Source of the DNA: a bacterium
GTDB taxonomy: Bacteria > Armatimonadota > JACIXR01
Length of the DNA stretch: 64,000 nt
Direction of reading: 5' to 3'
Assembly (NCBI GenBank): GCA_014360495.1
Contig: JACIXR010000005.1
Coordinates: forward strand, 24,516 to 88,515
Below the pieces are notes generated by a model that worked only from the letters and a program-made list of their open reading frames with translations, did not search any database and was not told the origin of the DNA. The position numbers and the translations under genes are program-made. This document shows positions 48,395 through 57,855 of this stretch, piece after piece. Numbering within the stretch: the stretch's first letter is position 1; every line of letters begins with the position of its first letter.

Positions 48395-49048
48395 TTACCA
48401 TATCATCGCCGGGACTATATGAGCGTTGTGGAAATCCCAGCTGCCGATTTCCTGCGAATGCAGCCACTTAACATGTCCATCGCAAAAGGCGATGTTATCT
48501 CCCTCAGAGTGGCGAGTATATTTGGCGTCCCTTCTATCCTCCATACACGAAGCGGCGCATGCGTTTGGATAGGCAATGAACCAGGAGCAGGCGAAGGTGG
48601 AGAGGGAATCGGCAACCATAACGAGTTCAGCGGGATTCTCAAGTTTGGCAAGGGATAGACCGCGAGGGGGGTCGCACCAGTGAGGGCAAAGCATACAGGA
48701 AGCGATGCCATAATTGACATCGCCAGCTGGTTGAGTGGAGCCATCCGGTTGAAGGATTCCTGCAGAAGCGGAGGGACACTTTAGGATTTGTGAGTTCTTA
48801 AGATAGGGTTGAATAAGCTGGTACCACCAGATATTATTGACCCGACTTCCTGTGGGCAAGCATTCATCCCAGTCCTGGGCATACATCAGGAAGGCATTGG
48901 CTATCTGCTTCAAGCTTGATTGGCAGCTAGCTTTTCTCGCCTGCTCCCGTGCTCTGCTGAACACTGGGAAGAGGATGGCCGCCAAAATCGCTATTATAGC
49001 GATTACGACCAACAATTCTATAAGGGTGAAGCCTTTACGCCTCATCAA
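48395..49048 (-). CDS. Prepilin-type N-terminal cleavage/methylation domain protein with a DUF1559 (H-X9-DG) domain
   Basis: [30 protein letters not shown] pilin leader and TM. C-terminal [13 protein letters not shown] fits H-x9-DG. AAGGAGGTG RBS. Confidence 0.8.
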   Translation of the reverse strand: MMRRKGFTLIELLVVIAIIAILAAILFPVFSRAREQARKASCQSSLKQIANAFLMYAQDWDECLPTGSRVNNIWWYQLIQPYLKNSQILKCPSASAGILQPDGSTQPAGDVNYGIASCMLCPHWCDPPRGLSLAKLENPAELVMVADSLSTFACSWFIAYPNACAASCMEDRRDAKYTRHSEGDNIAFCDGHVKWLHSQEIGSWDFHNAHIVPAMIW

Positions 49049-49202
49049 AGAGCACCTCCTTTTTTTTGAGATTTGTTCAGTGTAAATAATGACCGATGAG
49101 GTAGCAAATTTCTATGAGTTTCTTATTGAACAATAGGAGATTTTTAAGATATTTTATTTGATATTTGGTTTTAAGGTCCTTGCTTTACCAAGTATTGTGG
49201 GG

Positions 49203-50483
49203 TTAGAGTGTTTGTGTTTGTCCTCTTTTAAGCTTTCTGTAGGCGAGAGGGGTCAAACCGAATTCTTTTCTGAAAATAGCGGCGAAATAGGCGGGGTCAT
49301 TGAAACCCACTTGGAAAGCGATATCGGTTACGGGAATATCTGTATTCTCTAAAAGTTCTTTCGCTTTAGCTATCCTCACCCTCGTTAAATATTTCGCGAA
49401 GCTGCACCCAGTCATCTTTTTAAACAAAGCGCTAAAATAAGTCGGGCTTAAGTGAACCTCCCTTGCCACGGTTTCCAACCTTAACTCCTCGGAATAATTG
49501 TCCAATATATATTTCTTCGCTCTCTCAATAACGGATTGTCCTAATCTGGGTTCCTCCCAAAGAGTCATTAAATCGTTCATAATCCAACTCACGGTATCTA
49601 TTATCTCTTCTTTTGTTTTGCATTTATCAAGTAGGGAGGCATACTGCATAGTTAATTTGAGAAGGTCGACTTGATGGGGAGTGAACATTCTTATCACTCC
49701 AAGAATTGAAAGGACCAATCCCCATACCTGTGACTTAACTCCCAAGGAGTCCAATTCCCAGTTTTCCAATATATGGTTTAAGATGCGAGACAAAGAGACA
49801 AGGATGCTGTTTTTGCTTCCATATCTTAAACGAGTTAGAAGTTCCCTTTCCTCCTCATATGGATAGTTCGGCTGCTGATGATGAGAGAGCCAAAGCTGTA
49901 GGTTTATCAAATCCTTTTCAAAATCAGCTTCTCTCTTTCTTTCCCGAAGCTCTTTAAGCCTTCTGTAATCCCTCTTACTATACTTAAGCGCATTCACAAG
50001 AGAATCCCTTATATTGTTTGCCAACTCAAATAGCGTGTTTGCCACATCGTTAACCAAGGAAATGGGAACGACTGGAAGCTCCCAGTATGCCTTTTTAAGC
50101 TCTTCCCTATCCACAGGCAAATCCTTTACTTTTTCCCAGATACTCGTGAATTTCTCTTCGGATGGTTTTTCCGTGAGGAATTGCCCTAACATAATGAATG
50201 CAACGCACCTGTCCAAGAAGATTATGGGAATTACTCCATCTATGAGACCAGCGTGGCACTCGTAGATGTAAGGGCGCTTATTTTCGCAAGCTATTTGAAG
50301 ATTCCTCTTATCATTCATCAGACATCTATTTAAGCCTTTGTAAGTCTGGCGAATTATGCTACAGAAAGATTGTAGAGGCGTAGAAGCAGGGAGACCTACA
50401 GCGGGTCTAACCTCTTCTGAAAGGCAAATAGAGAGGTGTAAATCTTCAAATTCTTTTCCTTCCCAGTATTTAATGGTCTTCAT
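49203..50483 (-). CDS. AraC-family transcriptional regulator with an N-terminal PocR-like sensor domain
   Basis: N-terminus has ...YIYECHAGLIDGVIPI... (PocR-type CHAGL block). C-terminus has the AraC HTH (DIAFQVGFNDPAYFAAIFRKEFGLTP). Confidence 0.8.
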   Translation of the reverse strand: MKTIKYWEGKEFEDLHLSICLSEEVRPAVGLPASTPLQSFCSIIRQTYKGLNRCLMNDKRNLQIACENKRPYIYECHAGLIDGVIPIIFLDRCVAFIMLGQFLTEKPSEEKFTSIWEKVKDLPVDREELKKAYWELPVVPISLVNDVANTLFELANNIRDSLVNALKYSKRDYRRLKELRERKREADFEKDLINLQLWLSHHQQPNYPYEEERELLTRLRYGSKNSILVSLSRILNHILENWELDSLGVKSQVWGLVLSILGVIRMFTPHQVDLLKLTMQYASLLDKCKTKEEIIDTVSWIMNDLMTLWEEPRLGQSVIERAKKYILDNYSEELRLETVAREVHLSPTYFSALFKKMTGCSFAKYLTRVRIAKAKELLENTDIPVTDIAFQVGFNDPAYFAAIFRKEFGLTPLAYRKLKRGQTQTL

Positions 50484-50557
50484 TTCTTCTTGAACAAGCT
50501 CATAATATCCTTTATAATTATATTAATAAGACAAATTTATGCAAAGGAGGTAAGAAA

Positions 50558-50794
50558 ATGCGCCCGGAGGATGCTATTCTCGCGAAATCGGTTATGAGCG
50601 AATTAACCCGCAGACGAATAAACATAAGTGGATTGCGAGTTACCGCATCTATGGGTATTGTGAGAATTGAGGGAGTTGTTAGAAGGATAAGAGGAGACAA
50701 CCGGGACCTCAACGCCGAGATGGAAAGAGCAAGGGATATCATCAAGAGAAAGCCGGGAGTGAGAGATGTTGTGATGAATGTAAAGGTAAGATGA
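50558..50794 (+). CDS. Small BON-like domain protein (78 aa)
   Basis: AGGAGG RBS. ...GLRVTASMGIVRIEGVV...KPGVRDVVMNVKV resembles a BON domain. Confidence 0.5.
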   Translation: MRPEDAILAKSVMSELTRRRINISGLRVTASMGIVRIEGVVRRIRGDNRDLNAEMERARDIIKRKPGVRDVVMNVKVR

Positions 50795-52005
50795 GTCCTG
50801 AGGAACAACTCCAAATATTAACCAGTGGGTGTGTGGAGGTAATCACAGAGGAGGAGTTATTAGAGAGATTAAAAACAAAAGAGAGATTAACAGTAAAATA
50901 TGGAGCTGACCCAACCGCCCCTGACCTTCATTTAGGGCATAGCATTCCCTTAAATAAGCTTCGTCAGTTTCAAGAGCTTGGGCATAGAGTAGTTTTCATT
51001 ATCGGCGATTTCACCGCGATGATAGGTGACCCCTCAGGACAGTCGCAAACAAGAAAGCAGCTGAGTAGAGAAGAGGTGGAGAAGAATGCCAGGACCTATC
51101 TCCAACAAGTGGGGAAGATACTCGCCCTTGATAAAACGGAGATAATCTTCAATTCCCAATGGTTTTCCTCAATGGATTTGGAGGATGTGATAAATCAGCT
51201 TGCCTCCAAGTATACATTAGCGAGGATGTTGGAGAGAGAGGATTTCGCCATAAGATTTAAGAATGAGAAGCCAATCTATATTCACGAGCTTCTTTATCCT
51301 CTTATGCAGGGATATGATTCCCTTATGATATCGGCGGATGTTGAAATCGGCGGAACGGACCAGAAGTTCAACATGCTCGTGGGAAGGGAGCTTCAAAGGG
51401 AAAACGGACAGCCTCCCCAAATAGTTATGACCCTTCCTTTACTTGAGGGCTTGGACGGGGTTCAGAAGATGAGCAAGAGCCTTAACAACTATGTGGGTTT
51501 AACAGAACCACCAGAGGAGATGTTCGGCAAACTTATGTCCATATCCGATGAACTAATGTGGCGATATTTAAGTCTTCTTTTGAATTATTCACAAGAGAAA
51601 ATCATGAAGCTGAAAAGCAAGGTGGAAAGTGGCGAGTTGAACCCAATGGATTTGAAGATGGAGCTCGCTTACAGAATAGTTGCTACATATCATAACGAAG
51701 AGATGGCGGAAAAGGCGAAGGAGGAGTTTGAAAAGGTCTTTCGGAAAAGGGAAATTCCCAGCCAAATGGAGGAGATTTGGATAGATAAAGAGAACATAAA
51801 GGATGGCAAAATATGGATAATAAGGCTCCTTTTGCTATCTGGTTATGTCAGCGGAACGAGGGAGGCAAAGAGATTAATCAGCCAGGGAGCAATAAAGGTA
51901 AATAAGCAACAAATTAGCAACAGCGATTTGGATATTCCCGTTGAGGACGGAATGATAATTCAAATTGGGAAGAGGAAATTCTTCAGGGTGAGAATAGGTG
52001 AGTGA
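50791..52005 (+). CDS. tyrS: Tyrosine--tRNA ligase
   Basis: DPTAPDLHLGH (HIGH) and KMSKS motifs; C-terminal S4-like domain. Confidence 0.95.
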   Translation: MSPEEQLQILTSGCVEVITEEELLERLKTKERLTVKYGADPTAPDLHLGHSIPLNKLRQFQELGHRVVFIIGDFTAMIGDPSGQSQTRKQLSREEVEKNARTYLQQVGKILALDKTEIIFNSQWFSSMDLEDVINQLASKYTLARMLEREDFAIRFKNEKPIYIHELLYPLMQGYDSLMISADVEIGGTDQKFNMLVGRELQRENGQPPQIVMTLPLLEGLDGVQKMSKSLNNYVGLTEPPEEMFGKLMSISDELMWRYLSLLLNYSQEKIMKLKSKVESGELNPMDLKMELAYRIVATYHNEEMAEKAKEEFEKVFRKREIPSQMEEIWIDKENIKDGKIWIIRLLLLSGYVSGTREAKRLISQGAIKVNKQQISNSDLDIPVEDGMIIQIGKRKFFRVRIGE

Positions 52006-52006
52006 G

Positions 52007-53077
52007 ATGGAAGAGAAGAGATGGGATTATACCAAGGCGGGAGTGGATATTGAAAGGGAAGAGAAGGGGATGGAAGGTCTTCTTGGGTGGGTAAGGAAAA
52101 GTTTGGGGGAAGATGTTTTACCGATAGGGTATTTCGCAAATGTAATAAGAATTGGCGATTTAGGGATAGCGATAACGATAGACGGGGTAGGAACTAAGCT
52201 TCTGGTAGCACAGATGTTGGGAAAATACGACACAGTTGGGATAGACTGCGTTGCTATGAATGTAAACGATGTGCTATGCGTTGGGGCGAGGGCAGTATTT
52301 ATGGTTGACTACATAGCACTTGAGGAGCCAAGGGAGGACCTTCTTGAGGAGATAGGAAAGGGGTTGTATGAGGGGGCAAGGATAGCGGGCATACAAATCG
52401 TGGGAGGAGAGACGGCGCAGTTGAAAGAGATGTTAAGAGGGATGCGAAAGGGATATGCTTTTGATTTAGCGGGTGCCTGTGTCGGAATTGTCAATCCCGA
52501 TGAGGTTATTCTTGGGCAGGATATTGAGGATGGGGATGTCGTGATTGGGCTGGAGAGCAGTGGAATTCATAGTAACGGGTTGACCTTGGCAAGGAAGGTT
52601 CTTTTGAAAGACCATCTTTCCATTTTCAGATATATTCCCGATTTGGGAAGAACGATAGGCGAGGAGCTTTTGGAGCCCACCAGGATATACGCGAGGGAGG
52701 TATATGAGATAATGGGGAAGGTCAGGGTTAAGGCGTTATTGAATATCACGGGAGGAGGGTGGTTAAATCTTTTAAGGGTTGAGAAGCCGATAGAGATAGA
52801 GGTTGAGGACTTGCCGCCAATACCTGCGATATTCCAGATTATCCAAAAAGAGGGAGAAATACCCGATGAGGAGATGTTTAGGGTCTTTAACATGGGGGTA
52901 GGTTTTGCGGTTATAACTCCGGAAGAGGACGTGGGTAAGGTCAAGGAAATATGCGACGGGTTTGGTTTAAAATCCTATGAGTTAGGGAAAGTGAGGATAG
53001 CGAAGGATGGAGTAGGCAAGGTGCGAATTCTGAGGTTGGGATTAGTGGGAAAGGGAACGAGGTTTGAAAAAGAATGA
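52007..53077 (+). CDS. purM: Phosphoribosylformylglycinamidine cyclo-ligase (AIR synthetase)
   Basis: YTKAGVDIEREEKGMEGL... DGVGTKL block. The ATG at 52007 with an AGGTGAG RBS is preferred over the track's GTG at 51998. Confidence 0.9.
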   Translation: MEEKRWDYTKAGVDIEREEKGMEGLLGWVRKSLGEDVLPIGYFANVIRIGDLGIAITIDGVGTKLLVAQMLGKYDTVGIDCVAMNVNDVLCVGARAVFMVDYIALEEPREDLLEEIGKGLYEGARIAGIQIVGGETAQLKEMLRGMRKGYAFDLAGACVGIVNPDEVILGQDIEDGDVVIGLESSGIHSNGLTLARKVLLKDHLSIFRYIPDLGRTIGEELLEPTRIYAREVYEIMGKVRVKALLNITGGGWLNLLRVEKPIEIEVEDLPPIPAIFQIIQKEGEIPDEEMFRVFNMGVGFAVITPEEDVGKVKEICDGFGLKSYELGKVRIAKDGVGKVRILRLGLVGKGTRFEKE

Positions 53078-53153
53078 TTTTTTCTCCAAGGCATATTTGT
53101 TCCGATAATAAATCTTATGTTAACTTTTCTTGAAGAGGAAAAACGATTTTAAA

Positions 53154-54167
53154 ATGAAGGGAATTAGACTACCGGTACCTATTTCCGCTGGTGTAATACT
53201 TTCCTATCAATGCAACGCGGAGTGTCTCCATTGCATGTATGCTTGCACGCCGAGGTGGAAAGGCTGGATTTCGGAGAGGGATTTGGAGAATTTATTATCA
53301 AAGCTTGCGGGGAAAATTATGCCCAGTCCTTTCGGGACGGAACGAGTAAGTCTGAATTACGGGCTTCATTTTACAGGCGGCGAACCCTTTATCAATTTCC
53401 CCCTACTTCTCAAAGCAGTTGAAATAGCTAACGAATTGAAGATTCCCTCCACTTTCATTGAAACCAATTGCTACTGGTGTAAGGATGACAAAATAACGAG
53501 GGAGAAGCTGGAATTGCTTAAATTGAAGGGATTGAAAGGGATTTTGATTTCCGTCAATCCCTTTTATCTTGAATTCGTTCCCTTTGAAAGAACCGAGAGA
53601 GCGATAAGAATCGCTCAGGAGGTTTTCCCCGGGAACGTAATGGTATATCAGATGGAATACTACTATCTCTTCAAGAAGATTGGCATAAAGGGAAAGATGA
53701 GGCTTGGCGATTATCAGAGGCTGGCAAGGGATGAGTTATCGGGACGAGTTGAACTTTTATTGATGGGGAGGGCTGTTTATAAGCTGGGCGAGTTTTATCC
53801 AAAATATCCGGCGAGTTTTTTCTTCAATCAACCTTGCCAGCCGCCTTTTATTAGGAATTGGCACAATCACTTTGATAATTATGGGAATTTCCTCCCAGGA
53901 TATTGCGGAGGAATATCCCTTGGAGATTGGAGAAATCTTGACAAAATCTTATTTGAAGGAATAGATTTGAGTTTCTATCCGGTTTTGAATTTCTTGGTTT
54001 CCCAAGATTTTGAGGGATTATTCAATTTCGCAAGGGAATATGGATATGAGGAAATAAAGGAAGGCTATGTATCAAAATGTCATCTTTGCCTTGACATCCG
54101 CAAATTCCTTTTGGATAAAGGCGACTTTTCGGAGTTGCGCCCCCGGGAATTTTACCGTTATTTATAA
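53154..54167 (+). CDS. Radical SAM domain protein of unknown function with an additional C-terminal Cys/His cluster
   Basis: CNAECLHCMY is a CxxxCxxC motif. The C-terminus carries CQPPF...HNHFDNYGNFLPGYCGG...CHLC, which is not a canonical SPASM spacing. The start is ambiguous: TTG at 53130 or ATG at 53154. Confidence 0.7.
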   Translation: MKGIRLPVPISAGVILSYQCNAECLHCMYACTPRWKGWISERDLENLLSKLAGKIMPSPFGTERVSLNYGLHFTGGEPFINFPLLLKAVEIANELKIPSTFIETNCYWCKDDKITREKLELLKLKGLKGILISVNPFYLEFVPFERTERAIRIAQEVFPGNVMVYQMEYYYLFKKIGIKGKMRLGDYQRLARDELSGRVELLLMGRAVYKLGEFYPKYPASFFFNQPCQPPFIRNWHNHFDNYGNFLPGYCGGISLGDWRNLDKILFEGIDLSFYPVLNFLVSQDFEGLFNFAREYGYEEIKEGYVSKCHLCLDIRKFLLDKGDFSELRPREFYRYL

Positions 54168-54169
54168 AA

Positions 54170-55024
54170 TTACCAGATGCTTTTCCAGAGAATGTCCTCT
54201 ACATCCCTGTATTGCTGGCGGAGGTTCTCGTAGAGGGCTGCGTTTTGAATCGCTATCGCTGCCTGGGCGGCGATGGAGTTCACGAAATCTATCTCGTCCT
54301 TTGAGAATTTTCTTGGTTCGCTCGTGTATATTCTCACTACTCCTATCTTCCTATCCGCTACTCTCAATGGGACGGAAAGAACCGAGACGATTCCCTCTCG
54401 CTTAGCCTCCTCGGGATACTGGAACCGTGGGTCCTTAGTCGCATCCTCTATGTAAACAATCTTCCCCTCTAAAACTTCCTTATCCACTTTGCTATGTTCC
54501 ACATCCACTGGTCCTTTATCAAGATATTCCTTGCTCAATCCGTAAACTGCTTTTATCTCAAGTTTTTGTCCGCTAGGGTCCAATAGCCTGATTGAACAAC
54601 CCTTCACTCCCAAAGCCTTTGTTGTTTCCTCCACCATCGTTGATAAAAGCTGAGACATATTGAGCATTCCGCACATCCTTTTCTCCATATCCGAAAGAGT
54701 GGAGAAATACTTCAACCTTCTCTCAAAAGAAGAGATAAGGTTGGAGGTCAAAATAGCGAGCAGAAGCCAGCTGAGAAGAGCTACTATGCTGACCCAAAAG
54801 GTCCCCACTCCCCAGGTAACCCAAATCAAAAGAAGCCATGAGGCTATGGCGAAGCCAACGGAATATAACAATCCTAAAAGGGAAGCAAGGACGATGGGAA
54901 TCGTGTATAGATAGGCAAAACCGTAGGAGGAAGCAATGTTTTCCGGTGATTTAGCGAAATATACCAAGAGGGAGATCACGACGAAGAGTATAAGTGCCAG
55001 CAAAAACATGCCTGCTTTTTTCAT
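54170..55024 (-). CDS. Membrane-anchored GAF domain protein
   Basis: About 3 N-terminal TM helices, then a GAF-like region (VYIEDATKDPRF...VLSVPLRVADRKIGVVRIYTSEPRKFSKDEIDFVNSIAAQAAIAI). Confidence 0.7.
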   Translation of the reverse strand: MKKAGMFLLALILFVVISLLVYFAKSPENIASSYGFAYLYTIPIVLASLLGLLYSVGFAIASWLLLIWVTWGVGTFWVSIVALLSWLLLAILTSNLISSFERRLKYFSTLSDMEKRMCGMLNMSQLLSTMVEETTKALGVKGCSIRLLDPSGQKLEIKAVYGLSKEYLDKGPVDVEHSKVDKEVLEGKIVYIEDATKDPRFQYPEEAKREGIVSVLSVPLRVADRKIGVVRIYTSEPRKFSKDEIDFVNSIAAQAAIAIQNAALYENLRQQYRDVEDILWKSIW

Positions 55025-55048
55025 TTAGCCATCCTCTCCTTTCCTTTA

Positions 55049-55123
55049 TTGGTGGGCCCGGCCGGATTCGAACCAGCAACCAACCGGTTATGAGCCGGCT
55101 GCTCTTCCCTTGAGCTACGGGCC
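55049..55123 (-). tRNA. tRNA-Met (anticodon CAT), 75 nt with an encoded CCA. It could also be the lysidine-modified tRNA-Ile2; it is not clearly initiator-type
   Basis: The minus strand reads GGGCCCGTAGCTCAAGGGAAGAGCAGCCGGCTCATAACCGGTTGGTTGCTGGTTCGAATCCGGCCGGGCCCACCA. It folds as a cloverleaf with 7/4/5/5-bp stems, a TTCGAAT T-loop, and a CTCATAA anticodon loop. Confidence 0.85.
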
Positions 55124-55126
55124 CAT

Positions 55127-56095
55127 TTAATCAAAATCTATAACCTCTTTCAATTTTTTAATTCTATGAGGGTGGCGCATCTTTTTCAAGGCTTTCGCCT
55201 CTATTTGGCGTACCCTCTCTCTTGTTACTGCCAAAATCCTCCCCACTTCCTCCAATGTCCTTTGATATCCGCTATCAAATCCATATCTTAATCTTATAAC
55301 CAATTGTTCCCTTGGCGTCAAGCAGGAACTTATAAGTTCCTCTAATTTTTCCCTCTGCATAGAGCGTGCTACCTCTTCCTCTGGCGATGGAGCGTCGCTA
55401 TCCGCTACGAAATCCATTACCCTTGTATCCTCGTCTTCGCCGGTGAGATTATCAAGCGATATGGGGTCAGGGCTAATTTCCATTATACGGCGCACTTCAT
55501 CAATCGTCAAGCCCGTCTCCATACTCAGTTCCTCTTCAGTGGGCTTTCTCCCCAAACGCTGCGTCAGCTGCCTTGCCGCCCTTGTCAGCTTGTGTAGGTT
55601 TTCCACCATATGAACAGGGATACGAACAAGCCGCGCTTGGTCGGCTATTGAACGGGAGATCGCCTGCCTTATCCACCAGGTAGCATATGTGGAGAATTTA
55701 AATCCCTTACGCCAGTCAAATTTCTCAACAGCCTTGATTAGACCGAGATGTCCTTCCGCAATTAGGTCTGCAAAGGGCAATCCCCTCCCCATCTTCTTCT
55801 TTGCGATGCTTATCACTAAGCGGAAATTTGCCTCTATCATCTTCCGCTTCGCATCCATATCTCCCTGCTCTATCCTCTTCGCCAACTCTACCTCTTCCTC
55901 TGGGGTCAATAGGGGTATATTAGCGATTTCCTTCAACCAGGCTTTCATTGCGTCTTCTATTACAAATTGTCTGTCCGTTTTATCCTCCCACTCCGTTTCT
56001 TCTTCTTCTTCCTCCTCTATGAAATCCATCTCCTCAAAATCTGGATCTGGGGGATAGAACCCTTCCTCTCTTTTCTTTCTTACCAAACTATTCAC
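55127..56095 (-). CDS. rpoD: RNA polymerase primary sigma factor (short RpoD/SigA, 322 aa)
   Basis: Region 2 ([22 protein letters not shown]), region 3, and region 4.2 ([29 protein letters not shown]). Confidence 0.9.
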   Translation of the reverse strand: MNSLVRKKREEGFYPPDPDFEEMDFIEEEEEEETEWEDKTDRQFVIEDAMKAWLKEIANIPLLTPEEEVELAKRIEQGDMDAKRKMIEANFRLVISIAKKKMGRGLPFADLIAEGHLGLIKAVEKFDWRKGFKFSTYATWWIRQAISRSIADQARLVRIPVHMVENLHKLTRAARQLTQRLGRKPTEEELSMETGLTIDEVRRIMEISPDPISLDNLTGEDEDTRVMDFVADSDAPSPEEEVARSMQREKLEELISSCLTPREQLVIRLRYGFDSGYQRTLEEVGRILAVTRERVRQIEAKALKKMRHPHRIKKLKEVIDFD

Positions 56096-56115
56096 TCCCT
56101 TGCGAACCTTTTGTT

Positions 56116-57852
56116 TTACAAAAGGTTCTGAAGAGTTTTAAAAAGAGAGCGCAAAGAAACGATTGATTTTTTACGGGCAAGCTTTCCCTCATTTATTAAT
56201 TTTAACGCTTCCCGATTGATTTGTCCAACTCTTTTAAGATAAATTTCAAGTATCTTGAGGGCGCAATCATAAACCACTTGTTCTGTGGGAGGAGGTAGTT
56301 CCTCAAGCTCGATCTCGCTCACTTTTTTCTTCTCTTCTTCTTCAAGCATGTCCAGTAGCGCTCCCCGAGAGAACCCCTCCCCTGCCAAGGACTTTATCTT
56401 ACTATATATGCTCCTCAGCAAGCTATTTGAAAGAAGCTCTTCCTTAATTATTTCAGTTACCGGCTTTATGAAAGAGGGCTCTAAGAGAAGGGAACGGACA
56501 AATTCCTTTTCCACCTTTTCCATCTTTCCCAATGCCTCCTCTGGCCGCATAGAGGGGGTAGCGGTAACCCTTACCTTTGTCCTATCCCCTGCCCTTCTCT
56601 TCCTTACTTCCAATGTTATCCAGTTCAAATACTCTCTAACCATCTCGGGGTCCCCCTTAGCAAGCTCCTCAGCGAGCTTCTTGCTCACCTCGTTCCTCTT
56701 TCCCGGGTCGCTTATATTAGAGATTATATCTATGGCTTCTTGCCTTCCTTCGTCGCCCTTTTCAAGAGCCTTTTTCAACTGGAAATCGCTTATATCAACT
56801 GCTTTCTCAACAATCTCCTCAAAACCTTTCTTACCTTTCTTCCTTATGAATGTATCTGGGTCGTATCCCTCGGGAATGAGAATGACCTTCGCCCTTAAGC
56901 CAGCTTCCTCAATTAAAGGGCTTGCTCTTAAAGTGGCGTTCATCCCTGGAGAATCCGGGTCGAAAGCGAGGTATATCTCTTCACAATATCTTTTCAAAAG
57001 ACGCAGATGTTCATCAGTCAAAGCTGTCCCCAATGTGGCGACCGTGTTTTTTATCCCCGCTGAATAAAGAGCTATGAGGTCCATATAACCTTCAACGATA
57101 AAGGCTTTCTTTGCCTCCATAATATCTTTCTTCGCCAAATGAAAGCCATAGAGAATTCTTCCCTTTCTGAAAAGCGCTGTTTCCCAGCTATTTATATATT
57201 TTGGAGTAGAATCGTCAAGCACCCTGCCACCGAAAGCTATCACCTTCCCATTGGGTGAAAAGATAGGGAAGGTTATTCTTCCACTTAATATGAGATGAAG
57301 TCTGCCTTCTCTTTTGGAGAAGATTCCACAATTTTCCAAATCCTCGTTTGGATAGTCCTTAAGAAGATTGAGGAGCTCTTTTAAATCAGGGGGAGCGAAG
57401 CCGAGCATAAATTGTTTTATCGTTTCCATATTCATTCCCCTACCCTGCAAGTAGTGCAAGGCCTTTTCTCCCTCTGGTTTGCTCAAAAGGACATTGTGAA
57501 AATATTTAGCGCAGGTCTCGCATATTTCAAGGATGTTATCCCATCTCCCCCTACCCTCCCATTTGAAAGGAATGCCGACTCTCTCCGCCACGAGCTTGGC
57601 CGCTTCCATAAAATCTACATTCTCCATTTTCATTACAAAGGAAAAAACATCTCCACCAGCACCACAACCGAAGCAGTGCCAAAGCCCCTTCTCCTCGCTT
57701 ATCATCAAGGAGGGATTTCTATCGGGGTGGAAGGGGCAAAGAGCTTTATAGGAGCGCCCCGCCCGTTTTACGGGGATGTAGTAGCTAATTACATCTACTA
57801 TGCTGGCGCTATCTCTTATCTCCGCTATTAAATCTTGGAGGGAGCGTGGCAC
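56116..57852 (-). CDS. dnaG: DNA primase
   Basis: Zinc ribbon ([30 protein letters not shown]), TOPRIM ([11 protein letters not shown]). Confidence 0.95.
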   Translation of the reverse strand: MPRSLQDLIAEIRDSASIVDVISYYIPVKRAGRSYKALCPFHPDRNPSLMISEEKGLWHCFGCGAGGDVFSFVMKMENVDFMEAAKLVAERVGIPFKWEGRGRWDNILEICETCAKYFHNVLLSKPEGEKALHYLQGRGMNMETIKQFMLGFAPPDLKELLNLLKDYPNEDLENCGIFSKREGRLHLILSGRITFPIFSPNGKVIAFGGRVLDDSTPKYINSWETALFRKGRILYGFHLAKKDIMEAKKAFIVEGYMDLIALYSAGIKNTVATLGTALTDEHLRLLKRYCEEIYLAFDPDSPGMNATLRASPLIEEAGLRAKVILIPEGYDPDTFIRKKGKKGFEEIVEKAVDISDFQLKKALEKGDEGRQEAIDIISNISDPGKRNEVSKKLAEELAKGDPEMVREYLNWITLEVRKRRAGDRTKVRVTATPSMRPEEALGKMEKVEKEFVRSLLLEPSFIKPVTEIIKEELLSNSLLRSIYSKIKSLAGEGFSRGALLDMLEEEEKKKVSEIELEELPPPTEQVVYDCALKILEIYLKRVGQINREALKLINEGKLARKKSIVSLRSLFKTLQNLL

Positions 57853-57855
57853 CCT

